A stretch of DNA of 63,560 bases, counting the filler, from Folioceros fuciformis (taxonomy: Eukaryota): the NCBI GenBank assembly GCA_049999805.1. It is 6 parts of 6 records of this genome, joined end to end, with 100 filler letters (N's around TTAATTAATTAA, not from the genome) between each part and the next. Parts side by side here need not be neighbours in the genome. Positions count along the whole stretch, not along the records: positions 19,723 to 32,072 come from JBNGIO010004158.1; positions 32,173 to 44,796 come from JBNGIO010004159.1; 4 more parts are not named here. The stretch is one strand, 5' to 3'. The position numbers and the translations under genes were made by a program. Under the pieces are notes generated by a model. It worked only from the letters and a program-made list of their open reading frames with translations. It was not told the origin of the DNA and made no database searches. Positions 27,401 to 39,383 of this stretch are shown in pieces; within the stretch, counting starts at the first letter, position 1, and every line of letters begins with the position of its first letter.

Positions 27401-29043
27401 GCCGCACCGCTCCGCAGTTTCGCTGTAGCAGTTCCGTCGAAGCCGTGGCCATTATGAAATCGGGGGAGCGACTAGCTATTCCTTCTGCAGAGACGGTGGG
27501 GGTCACCGCAACGATCATGAAGCCGAGATCCAAGATGGGCGTGCCGTTGCTAACTCGTCCTGCAGTAGGCTCGTGGGACTCCCTGCCGATCTTCAAAGCC
27601 GAAGCACCAACATTTGCATATGCACGAATCTCCAGCTGACCGTGGCTTGGGAAGTTTCCTTGCTGGTCGTGGCAAGCATTGCTGACAGAGGTGAAACGGA
27701 CACGGGCGTCTGCACCAGCCCCGACCAGGGGACAATCCCTACAAACAGGCTGTAGGCCGTGCTTGCGATTGCGGCCACAACCACAGCCAACGGAGCAGTC
27801 ACGCCCGCGAGTGCCAGAGGCTCCCTTCCGAAACACCGCAAACAAAACCCCGCACCCCAAGGTGGACATGGAAACCTCGGCAGTCCACTCCGATCTCCGA
27901 CACAGCTGGAAGTCTGAACCAATCCAGACCGCCATCGTCCACAAAGGATACATCGGAGATCCTTTCGTCGGGCAGGGTGTAGACGTCGGGAAAATCCAGT
28001 AGCCCATCCAGCTCTAGGAACGGAGTGACGACGAATTCGCGAGGTCTGTCCAGCTGAAATCCTCCGACTCTAGCCGGTGCAGGTACGGTGTGTGCTGATT
28101 AAGGACTCAGCCGAGCGAGTCAAGAAACCGCTGTCAGACACCGGGATCCTGTGCCACGCCTCCAATGCCGTGTCCTCCTCCACAGTCCTTGGGGAATTCG
28201 CCGGAGTCCTGTCCAGATCGGACTAGAAGTCCGATTTACACGGGAGTTCGACGGGCAGCCGGACCTGGGTTGCGGGCCGGACCTCATTTCTCACCGGAGT
28301 ATCGTGTCCGATTCCGAACGTGACAATAGTTCGGTGTCACAACGGACCTAGTTCGGAGACCACTCCGGTCCGAGACGGAACCGCCAATCTGTCGTTTCTT
28401 CGGAGTGTCGCACAATTTTAGGAAAACCGAAGTTCCAAATAATGCCCTTCTCAGGACCATAATTTTTGGGCATGACACTATGCTACTAGCGATAAGCAGC
28501 CAGGCATGTCACATGAGCCTGCGCACGTAAATCTTTTAATCAACTGCAGACTTAATTATGCCAAAGAATTAATATAAAAATATTTATTTTAAAGAATTGA
28601 GGTTTTTTTTCTTATATGAATATAAATATATTTTATTTTTAAATTTACTTATTTTAGAGGATTTTAAGCAACAAGGTCATTCTCAAGTTTGGTTGAAATA
28701 AAAATGTATTGAGTTTTTGTAAAACATGCTTAGAATCCTCTAATGTAAAGAACTCTATCACTTAGTGTGTCCCAAGACCACTCTTGCTCTCAGCTAAGAA
28801 CTTGTCGCTTTAGATATCTAAAATGAGCCCTACGCTACTCTTGTTGACGTGATGTGCCTTCGCACATGTCTTCAAAAACCTGGAAAAATCCCTACCCATG
28901 GCCCCATGCGTTTCAATAGCAAGAGGGATAAACAAGTGACCCTACTGCACGGGCCTATACTTGCAAGTCTTCTTTATTGCGCTTCTTTCTGCTGCCCAAC
29001 CCGTGATGATAATCATAGCTGCTCTAGGTAGCAAAACATAGCA
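24445..29043 (-). mobile_element. Ty1/copia element D, 5' part (interrupted 5' LTR 26041-29043, PBS, gag, protease)
   Basis: LTR bounded by inverted 7-mers TGCTATG (26041) and CATAGCA (29037-29043). PBS TGGTATCATAGC at 26029-26040. Gag IDKLTSVNYHTW (start 25594), LLRALPPSW, CDYCQKQGHIAPEC, protease WLLDSGAIEHMT. Frameshifted and truncated. Confidence 0.85.
26136..28477 (-). mobile_element. GC-rich ~2.3-kb solo-LTR-like insert within the copia D LTR
   Basis: Minus-strand termini TGTCATGCCC...CCGTTTCA, with abrupt GC shifts at both edges. Flanks CCACA and CTATG differ only by transitions. Confidence 0.6.
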
Positions 29044-29120
29044 AGCAGATAGTAGAAAGCTTTGCACAAAAAGAGTTGTATGCATATATTATAATAGAAA
29101 GTACAAAGCCTTTATATAGG

Positions 29121-29312
29121 CTAAGTGGTTACAACCATAAGGTGGTTGTAACCATAAGTAGTTCTAACCTCTAAGTGGTTGTAACCATAAGTAGTTCTAA
29201 CCTCTAAGTGGTTGTAACNNNNNNNNNNTAAGTGGTTGTAACCATAAGTAGTTCTAACCTCTAAGTGGTTGTAACTGTAAGTATTTCTAACCTCTAAGTG
29301 GTTATAACAACT
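29121..29312. repeat. 33-bp tandem repeat in LTR-like sequence (10-N gap inside)
   Basis: Repeated CTAAGTGGTTGTAACCATAAGTAGTTCTAACCT, adjacent to a minus-strand CCTATATAAAGG TATA-like motif. Confidence 0.85.
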
Positions 29313-30049
29313 AACTACTCAATAAACTACCTAAAGCCCTAAGAACTAAATTAATTAATAGTCTTAGGTGCCCTTAGTGAAGAGTGCCCTACATAGGTCA
29401 TATTTCATCACTCCAAGTCACTATGAACTAGGTGTGAAAAAATGGCTTCAAAATAAGCCTAAAAAGGCTAGTTAGCTCCCACTAACTTGAAAGCTATCCA
29501 CTAAGGAAAACAATTAAAAACAGGCTTAAGTTACATTTAAGCAGAATTTAATGTAATCAAAATTAATTACCAAAAACTTAATTAGGAAATGGTGAATTCC
29601 TAAAGAAGGTAAAAAGGTAAAAGTAAAACTTAAAAGGATAAAAGGTGAAAAACCCATTAAATGGGCAACAGCCCGGGCCATATGATGGCCGTCCGTATGC
29701 CCATGGGGGGGGCCATACCGTTATGTACCCTCCCCCCCTCTCATACGGTTTTATTCCGTCGTCGTCATCTCGCTCCTTCGCGCTCCCTACTCCTGTCGCG
29801 CTCTCCTGCTCAAAAAAGGTCCTTGGCCATGGCCAATGTAAAATCTGGTGCAGAAAGGGGCGAGCACGTCTATCGGAGGGACTCGCGTCCACCGGCAAGG
29901 GCGCGCCGCCACGTATGCAGCTAGAACCCCGCGGTCGCACAGCGCCGAAGTTGGAGAAGAATGGACACCGGCCTACCACCATGCTCCTATGTTTGCTAGG
30001 AAACTAAGACATACATGATACGGGTTATGCATGCTATCTGTGAAGAATT

Positions 30050-32072
30050 TCTTGACCAGGATAGTGGTGCTCCCCCCAATAGCAATACGTAATCTGATAC
30101 GGATCTGCGTGTGTCGGGGTCATTAGCATAGTCGGCGTCAACGTAAGCTGTTAATGTCAACATCTTTATGCCTGGCGTATACTTGAATGTCAATCCTGTA
30201 TGCATGGTACCCTTGAGGTATCGGAATATGCGCTTAGTTGACATCCAATGTTCACGTCTAGGGTTCTCCATGAATTGTGAACAGGAGCTGACTTCGAAAG
30301 ATATATCTGGTTGAGTGAAGTTGGATAAATATATAAGTGTGCCAACAGCATGTCGATATGGGACTGCTGACATTTCCAACTTTTCTTGTACTGTCTTTGG
30401 ACTCATATCCATGGTAAGCCTGACCCCGCTAGCAAAGGGTGCAGGTGCGGGTTTCTCATCTTCAAGTCCAAATTTGGTTAAACTTTCCTTGATGTACTTG
30501 GTTTGAACAATACTCAGAGTCTTGTTTGCTCGATCTCTAATAATGTTGACACCAAGTGCATATGTCATTTCTCCTAAATCAGACATTTCATAAAAAGTCT
30601 TAAGCCAGCTTTTGATCTCGGCTAGGAGAGTAAGGGAGTTTGTGGCCATGAATACGTTGTCGACGTAGAGCAATAGGTAAAAGATATCATTGCCTGATAT
30701 TAGGATATACATACATGCATCGGCATCACTTTGACGGAAGCCTCTTTTGATGAGTTTCACATGTATGTCCATATTCCAATTCTTACCAGATTGCTTGAGA
30801 CCATACAAGCCTTTAATTAGTCTGCATACCCAATCTTCCTTGCCTTTAACCTCATAACCTTCGGGCTGTTTCATGTAGATTTCTTCTTGAAGACGGCCAT
30901 AGAGATATGCTGTCTTCACATCCATCATATAAAGCTTAAGATCATGATGGGCTGTTAAGGCGAAGATTATTCTAAGGGAAACTAACTTTGCTACTGGAGC
31001 GAATGTGGCCCATGGCAGGTAATCTAAACCTGGGATCTGGGTAAATCCCCTGGCCACAAGGCGTGCTTTGTATCTCTTACTGGAACCATCTCCTTTTCTC
31101 TTAATTTTGAATACCCATTTGCTGGTGACTATCTTCCTACCCTTAAGTGGATTAATCAATTTCCATGTAGAGTTGCTAATGAAAGAATTATATTCAGAAT
31201 CTACAGCTACCTTCCATAAGCCTTTTTCAGGAGAAGAGAAAGCTTGTTTTAAGGTAAGAGGTTCTTCTGGATCTATGGTTGCCTTGTATACAGCTTGTGA
31301 GTAAAGTGATACAGGGGGAATAGGATCATCAAAAACAGCTAGATGTCCTATAGGAGGTTCCTTCCATCCTGCGGGTCCGGGGATTGCAAGACGGGTTCTT
31401 AAGTTGTACCTTTGTGTAGGTTCTGGTGCATCTTCCATAGGAGCAGGAACATCAATAGGATCATGGTGCTCCATGTCATTCACTGGAGGGTCATCATACG
31501 CTTAATCAAGAGTGTCAACTAGCTCCTCGGTTTGAATGTTGTCGCCATTTGGTGGTGTTTCATGTGGAATAGATGCTAACTCCTCCTCCTCCTGCGTAAT
31601 AGGTTCAACTACAGGAACACGTAGAGCAGGAACGGGAAAGTGAGTGATATAATCAGTATCATCAAAAGAGGAGGTATCTGAGGGCTCTTCGGAAGGGACG
31701 TCCTCAGGGCCGGATGTACCAGCTCCCACTAGTGGGGAAAATAGGTAAGACTCATGAAAAGTAACACTCCTGGCATATATAAGCTTCCGTGTGGTGGGTT
31801 CAAATAGCTTGTAACCTTTGATGCCTTCGGTGTAGCCAATGAATAGATATTTGGCAGCTTTTGGATCTAACTTCTTGTGTTGTACTTTAGGGATAAAGAC
31901 ATATGCAGGAGATCCAAAAATGCAAAGGTGATCTATGGAAGGCTTGTTGCCGGTGAATGCTTCATATGGAGTCATACTTTGAACTGATGAAGTCGGCTGG
32001 GGATTCATGAGATAGGTTGCTGTAAGGAGGGCCTCAGCCCAATAAGCTTTGGATAAGTTAGCTTGTGTTAAC
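30050..32072 (-). mobile_element. Ty1/copia element E fragment (integrase C-terminus, RT, start of RNase H)
   Basis: HLCIFGS...[58 protein letters not shown]. Homology stops after LSWSR. Confidence 0.92.
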
Positions 32073-32172
32073 NNNNNNNNNNNNNNNNNNNNNNNNNNNN
32101 NNNNNNNNNNNNNNNNTTAATTAATTAANNNNNNNNNNNNNNNNNNNNNNNNNNNNNNNNNNNNNNNNNNNN
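32073..32172. other. Artificial scaffold linker
   Basis: 44N-TTAATTAATTAA-44N. Confidence 0.97.
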
Positions 32173-34273
32173 TCCCTGTTTGACATTAGACGCAATAAAT
32201 GATAACCAATATGACAACTTTCGTTTAAACTCTAGACTCATATTTTCAATAGACATCATTTGACCTGATGTATGATCAATGGGACTAAACACAAAGCAAA
32301 ATAAGCAGGCTTGGTGAATATTAGGAAAGAGATAATCATGGAGAATGCGAAATTCAGCTTGCCCAGCAAGATCCCAAATGCTTACTTGGAAATCTTTGTC
32401 GTGAGTTATGATGTTTTCAATTTCTATGCCTTCTGTCATCACCCACGGCATTCGGTTTGGTATTGCCAAACACGTGCAACCTTTGAAATGACGATAATAA
32501 CGCACCATATTTCGTCGTAAGGTGGTCTTCCCTGCAAGCATGTAATTCACCGCATATTCCATAAGTAAAAGAAGAACAGAAAGTAAGCAAGAACAACTTT
32601 CTAAGAAAAAAATAATTATAAGTAGTAACAATAAGTAATAAAAATTGGTATTTCTTACCTGCTTGTGGAGGTCCACATAGAAAAAGTCTACCCACTTGTG
32701 GAATATCAAAATAGAGTTTGTGTTGGTATAGTTTAGGTAAATACATAGCTTGACATCGATTTCGATTCAAAATTTCCTCCACTAAGGCGTACTGGCCACT
32801 TCTCCACCATTCTTCATCATGTATGAACAGCGTTTGCAATGTGCTATTTTCGCCCAAGACGCGTGACAGGTCTCCGGTCACCTTCCGCATTTTTTCCCTC
32901 ACAGACATATGTACCAATTTCAGCGTCCTATTTTGCCCTAGAGAGACGAAAAACTTTCGCAAGAAGGTTGGTGTACAGTATCCAGATAGATACAACTCTT
33001 TCAAACCCTCATCGCGTGTAGTATCCACGTATAATGTGTCCCTCACCTTGTCACTTACCCATCCCTCTTCGAAGTGGAGATCACAGATTTGCAATGTTAC
33101 ATTCTCTGTTAACACCTTATTCAACGCTGGTAGACAAGAATATGGCAAATGTAAAAGATGAAGGTTGGTGATAGATTTGTTTCCCTCCGCCCCTAATCCT
33201 TTGTGCAAAAGGTTTTGCAACTCCTGTACCACATTTTCTTCCCATTTATCGCAATCTACGCGTAATTTCTGCAAGTATCTATTTCTCGCCAAAGCCATTG
33301 CTAGTACATCTCCAATATATTTCCTTCTACATTCAGCTCCCCTTCCACCGTACGAAATTGACAACTTTTGCAAATCATGATCATTTTGGGCCAATATCTG
33401 CAATCGTTCTGCCACAACACTTTCATTATCAACATTACGGCTACCCACCGCCTTTTCCATGAGTCTCACATGCTTTGCGCACAACTTTCGCAAAGCGGAG
33501 GAAGGATTATTCTGCATCTTCCTCCACATCAGGCTGCAGTTGTAACAAACATCTGTATTGTACAACATTTCCCCCTTCCTTTCAACATTACCCCGCTCCA
33601 ACGGAATGTCCCCGTTTCTATTGTCCAACTTCCACGTCAAACTGTACATCCATATGCACCTCTGCTTCAGCCTTTGCCAATACGCCTCATTCTGCTCAAT
33701 TACCAACTTGCTCAGTTTGGGACTGCGGAGCAGTAATTCTTCCAGAGCTATCCAATACGCAGGAGTTGTCCTATCCGGCATCCACACTTCCAGAGTTTCT
33801 AAATTGGAGTTGCAGGGTAGAGATCCCATGAACCGAACCCATCCTTCCACGTCCAATACAGATAATAATACCTCAGTTAGCTTAATTTTCTGCAGAGTCG
33901 GGCATACGCTCACTGCATCCAACACCTGTAGCCAGAGCATCCGCCACTCCTCCACTCTTTCCCAACGATGGTTGTCCACATCGTCCAAAAATTCCAAACC
34001 TGCCCCTAAAGGCCAAAACACCGTGAGCCGCGGCGGCCGCAGCGGGTGGGAACCATCGTCATCCGCTGGCCAAGGGTCGCCACGCAGCTCGGCCAGAAGC
34101 TGCTGCCATTCAGTAGGAAACGCCTGCATATCCACATCCACCTTACGAAACCTCGGTACACTAACATCAGTCTCTGCCATACGAGCCATAAGCCACGGCC
34201 ACTCAACAAGATCCGCCTCCTCATCCGAATGCAGATTCTGAGCCTTCGGTCTACTGGAGCTCGAACTTGCCAT
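32173..34273 (-). CDS. TORNADO1-like Roco protein (RNI-type LRRs + Roc GTPase), 3'-truncated; exons 32659-34273 and 32173-32531
   Basis: Long open LRR-like region (L..N.TL..L repeats). P-loop RLFLCGPPQAG/KTTL is restored by a phase-1 GT-AG intron at 32532-32658; also TEGIEI and SIWDLAGQAEFRILHDYLF. The start is uncertain (in-frame ORF open to 34495). Confidence 0.8.
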
Positions 34274-35006
34274 GCCAGCCGATGCAACGTCACCACCACT
34301 CTTCGCCGCTAGCCGCCCGCCCCAGCCAACTACCAGGTTCAACAATTTACGGCACTTGCAGACTAGGAAGGATCCCACTAGTGGTACACAATCACCTGCA
34401 CCCACCATCAATCTACCATCAGCATCACCGTCGTCTTCTAAGCAAGCACGCACCATTTTCTGCCTCATCATCGCCAAATCTACAATACCCATCAACCATC
34501 ACAACACTCATCCAATGCATCCATCCCGCCGGGCGCGGCGCGAACAGGATGAACTACCAACACAACTGTTCCTCATTCAATCCACCCGGAAGTCCTATCC
34601 AAAATACCGTCACAATGCATGCACACAACCAGGGCACGCGTTCCTCCCAACCACTTGAGCCTCACCTCAGCACCATGCCATCAGGCCCGCGTCATCGCAC
34701 ATCCTCCCTCTCACAATGCATCATGAAGTGCGATGTTCCCCGACGCGTCTCGCACCCGGGATATCCACCCTTGCTTCAGACAAGCTGATTCACGTGCTCC
34801 CGATCCTGCCACCCACTGCGTTAATGCCAGCACTTCTCTGCAGACAATTTGACAAACCTACAACATTCATCAGTCTTCACAACACTCATCCCGTGTATCG
34901 ATTCAGATCCACACACAATCGACTGACATCCATCAGCCACACGTATGCATGCACACAAGTCAAGACACCACTTCCACCCCTTACACCTCACCTAACACCA
35001 TGCCAC

Positions 35007-36156
35007 CAAGCCCGCAACCTATCGATCACAAACTTGTTGACTCCATCAACGAGCTCTTCTCCCAAGATAACCACGGTCGCACCGACACCGCCAGTCAAGC
35101 AGATGCGTCTCTCGAAGAAAAGTGTCCACCGTTATCCCACCACCTAATTCACGCCATCCAGATCCTGCCACACAGAGGTACCCACAGTTTCACTGTCATC
35201 ATCCCTCGAGAGGATACACCAAGCTTGAACGGCCATCAGACATCGCGACACTCATCGGGGACTGTCTCCATCCGCGTGTTTTGCCGAACTACGCATCAAA
35301 ACACACCCCGCTGACCCGATCCCAGGCGTGTCACACCGAGGGTGCCCACCGTTGTATCAAGGCACGTCATTCACGGCATCCGAATCCTGCCACCCACACC
35401 GTCACTACCATGACCTCTGGACACATTTTCGCAAAGCCTCACAAAACTCATCCAGTGCCTCCATCTCGGTCGTCCGACCAGACAATGAATTAGCTAGCGA
35501 CAAAACTTTCAATCCACCCCGGGAGTACTACTCCACTCCACTCCACCCCTGCCCTGCCCAACCAGCTCATTCACGAGCTCCGGATCCTGCAATCCACAGT
35601 TTCACTGCCGTCGCCCCTCCACACAATCACTTCACCAATTTCAGATTACACACACACCTGCCATCACAACACTCAACCGGCGCTGCATCTGCCGGTCGGC
35701 AGACGATCATCTGGCAACACACCTCGGAACACAACAGTTTGCACACCGCCGGCACACGCGTTCTTCACAACCACTTGTCCCTTACCTAAGCGCCATGCCA
35801 CCAATCCCGCATCATCACACCATCCTATCATCCTTCCACTTACATTCCATCAAATTCGCTCTTCCGCCAAACTACCGCTCGCCAAGCACACGCGTCTCGC
35901 ACCGACCATGTCCACCCGTCATCCCACCACCTCACTCACCGCCTACCACCCGTAGGCAACACCGCCTCCAACTGCATGTCTCCCACCTCCAAGCCTCCTT
36001 GCTTCGTTATCTGTGCCGTCCCGAGCCCCACCTGACATACATTTCTCATCAGAGTCAGCGCTCACTTGCTGCTGCCACTTACCAATCTTGTACACACTTC
36101 GCACCAACAACCTCAATGTGAAGGCACAAGTATGTAAGTTCCGACCACAACAGCCA
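35007..36156 (+). repeat. Diverged ~1.2-kb repeat, copy 1 (internally repetitive, C/A-rich)
   Basis: Collinear shared blocks with 42544-43806, e.g. AGCCCGCAA.CTATCGATCACAAAC and GCACCAACAACCTCAATGTGAAGGCACAAGTAT. Confidence 0.8.
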
Positions 36157-36776
36157 TCACCTCTCAAGCCAATCGCACAAACCCAGCCACTATCCCTACT
36201 GCACTCCAGTGGACATCAGCAAACGAACTGCAGCTCCAAACTTCACACCGTGCCTGTGCACGCACCCGCCGGGCCCTCGGGCTCTCCCGATCTCCACATG
36301 CATCAAACCCCGTACCCAGCAGCCCAACACTGGCAACCCACCCACCGGAAGCGAAGCCTGGGCAGTTTGTAGGCAGGGAAGCACCCGCGCGGTTGAGAAG
36401 CGAAGCTTCTGGCGCACCTTCCTCAGCGAGAAGCCTTGTCAGCCTACCTGTCCAGAGACTTGTCGCACTTGCCCAGTGGGCCTGTGTACCCACCACATCC
36501 GCACCACTACGTCCAATGAACCAATGGCTTGGGCATCCAGTCAATTCGAGTCCAGTTATTAAGGAAAGCTTCGAAGCCAAGGGAAGGAAAGGCAAGGCAA
36601 AGGAAGAATAAATAAATACAGTAGAGTACGTGACGTCGATATCCACGCTGCTCACCGATGGGAGACCGAGGCCCAAACCTAAACACGCAGCCATCCTCCG
36701 TTGACAATTGTACTGTAGCTGGACATTTGCGCATAGCGATGTACCTGAGAGCCACCATCCATTTTTCTTGTTTCAT

Positions 36777-37282
36777 GGACACTCTTCCTCTCCGACATGC
36801 TAATTCATAGAGAGGCGCACCTTGGAGAAGGAAACTTTGTCACTTTGCCCAGCATGTTAGAAAACAGTGAGTCCCAAGATCTGAGTCCCAAGATCAATCC
36901 GGGACGCAAGCCGGGACGGCACAGCACAGCACAAGACAGGACACGCTAATGGACACTCTTCCTCTCCGATATGCTTATGCATAGATAGCTGTAGTGGTTG
37001 CTGGGAAACGTGACCTCGTATCCCCATCTCCGTGTAGCCGGAGAAGAAAGGCGCAGCTTGGAGGAGGAAACTTTGTCACTTTGCCCAGCATGTTAGAAAA
37101 CAGTGAGTCCCAAGATCAATCCGGGACGGCACAGCACAGGACAGGACAGGCGCAAGCCGGGACGGCANNNNNNNNNNCCGGGACGGCACAGCACAGGACA
37201 GGACAGGCGCAAGCCGGGACGGCACAGCACAGGACAGGACAGGCCCAAGCCGGGACGGCACAGCACAGCACAGGACAGGACA
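36777..37282. repeat. Local duplication plus 36-bp tandem repeat (37121-37282)
   Basis: GAAACTTTGTCACTTTGCCCAGCATGTTAGAAAACAGTGAGTCCCAAGATC occurs twice. Unit CCGGGACGGCACAGCACAGGACAGGACAGGCGCAAG is repeated about 4 times around a 10-N gap. Confidence 0.85.
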
Positions 37283-37436
37283 ATTGTGGTCAATGGCAAG
37301 TAACATATGTACTGTATGAGGCCGAGCAGTTTTTCCTCAATGAATTTCCGGAAAGGTGAATGAAAAGGAGGAGTGGATATCTACGCACTGAAGATAAGCT
37401 ACCTAGGCTAGGGCTCCGAGATAGCGACGGTTTGGT

Positions 37437-37734
37437 CCGGGCAACACGACTTGCGATCCGGGCGTGCGGGAAATTGGCCAAAGAAGATGGAGCGGCCGCG
37501 CACCGTGGATGCCTGGGATCTGCCTCCTACCTCGCGCGCTGTGGATGGATTCGTGCACATCGGCATGGTCGGCCCTGCTCTCTGCCGGGCAACACGACTT
37601 GCGATCCGGGCGTGCGGGAAATTGGCCAAAGAAGATGCAGCGGCCGAGCACCGTGGATGCCTGGGATCTGCCTTCTACCTCGCGCGCTGTGGATGGATTG
37701 GTGCACATCGGCATGGTCGGCCCTGCTCTCTGCC
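37437..37734. repeat. 148-bp tandem duplication
   Basis: Two copies starting CCGGGCAACACGACTTGCG at 37437 and 37585, with few substitutions. Confidence 0.92.
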
Positions 37735-38635
37735 CTCTCGTGTTTTTTGACTTCAGGGCTGATCTGGTGGTGCTCATGTCCAGCGGTCACGGCATTGATT
37801 ACGCCTGGTCATCGTTGTCTGCAATGCGGTGCTTCTTGATTGAGTCTTGTCACGCTGGACGCTGGTGTAGACAAGAGCAGAGAATTTTGTGGAGTGCAAC
37901 GTGGCGCAGTTTGCAATTATGCTCTTGAGCTTGAGGGAGCGGCCGAGGAGGTGGCCTTGGCATGAGCTGAGTGACGTTCAGGTTGTAGCAGCGGTTGTGG
38001 AGTTGGGAATGAGGTCCGGCGAATTGTGATTTTCATCCCCGCACATTGTGTGGCATGCAGGGAGGTGTGGCCTGGGGAGTCGTCATGGGGTCGTATGATG
38101 CTGCTAAAGAAGGTGCGCCTGGCTGGTGTGGTGTTCATATTTTTCATTTCTTTCGGTCTTGCATTGCACTGCCGGTGGCACGTCATGTATGTCGTTGCTT
38201 CGAAGCCTGGACGACCTTCTCCTCTCCCTGTCATTTTGGCATGTTTGTTTTGGATTTTCTGAGAGGCTCTAGGCTCGATGTCATGGTTGCATTTCATCTC
38301 CTCTGCCGCTGTATGCACGTCACCTGATCGAGCTTCAAATCTTTTGCCAGGGCACAGAGAACCTTCTCGGGCGTTGTACGTGGTAAGTCTTGTGTGAGAC
38401 CGGTCATGCAGGGATTATGGTATTCTCATCTTGTTGGACTGTAGCAGGCACAAGTTAGTTAGTTGTGAGCTCGGGGTCTATCTGTAGACCATTGTTGATG
38501 GCAAGAGATGCAGGACAGTTCCTTCCTGGTGAGGAGTGGTGGTGGTTTGAAGGAAAGAATGGCGTATTTTGTGTGATGTGGGACCTGAATCGTGTGGTGA
38601 ATCTGTGTGCTTCCAGGCGAAGTCCATGATGAAGA

Positions 38636-39182
38636 ATGGTCTCGGATGGGGTATTTTCGCCCACTTCCCGGACTGTTTCTCATCTCGTTGGTTCAGCTAC
38701 TAGTTTACACTTGTCATACCCTTGATGTGCGTGATAAGGACATCATGCGACCCCATCCTATGGATTGCAGGTATATTCGCTGGTATGTACGTGGGATTGA
38801 GCTGCGGTGTCGAGTCAACTGGGTTTTCAGCCGTGTTTTTCCCGAGGACATGTACAACAAGGTGGTGCTCATCACAGGGGCATCGTCTGGAATCGGAGAG
38901 GTGACAATCGCTCAGACGGTCCCGGTTTCCGCTCTTCCTGGGCGGTGATGTTGATTGCCCGGTTCCTTCCGTATCGGTGATGCAGCAAACGGCATACGAG
39001 TATGTGAAAAAGGGGGTCAAGCTCTTGCTGGTGGCTCGGCGAGAGGGCCACTTAAAGCCCGTGGCGGACAGGGCTCTCCTCAAGGGCGCCATGGACGTGA
39101 GGACTATCTCAGCCGATTTGTCTCGGGTGGACGAGTGTCGAAGCATCGTTGATGAGACAGACTGTTCGACACTATGGCCACT
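38636..39182 (+). pseudogene. 5' fragment of a steroleosin/11-beta-hydroxysteroid-dehydrogenase-like SDR
   Basis: EDMYNKVVLITGASSGIGE, intron 38901-38985, then QTAYEY...LVARRE...ADLSRVDEC...VDET. A 4-bp frameshift lies near 39155, and no NNAG or YxxxK exons were seen downstream. Confidence 0.82.
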
Positions 39183-39383
39183 GTTAGATCTTCCGTCTCA
39201 ACCGCTCTTGATTTCCGGTACAGTGTGCCGTGCAGAAGAAAGATTTTCAATTTCAAGTTCGACAGTTCGAGATCACGTTGATGAGATAGGTTATCTTCAC
39301 CGTCAACCTAAAGTTCTTCCTTCATGCAAGCAAGCAGGGCAACTGAATACTAAAGAAGGTGCACATACCACAATTTCTTCCAT

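Noticed and set aside
27132..28007. 291-aa ORF with a hydrophobic segment, considered as env-like
   Set aside because: Lies in GC-rich LTR-like DNA with ORFs in many frames and no recognisable motifs.
34500..36400. Numerous His/Pro/Thr-rich ORFs
   Set aside because: By-products of the C/A-skewed repeat; frames are not evidently conserved in the second copy.
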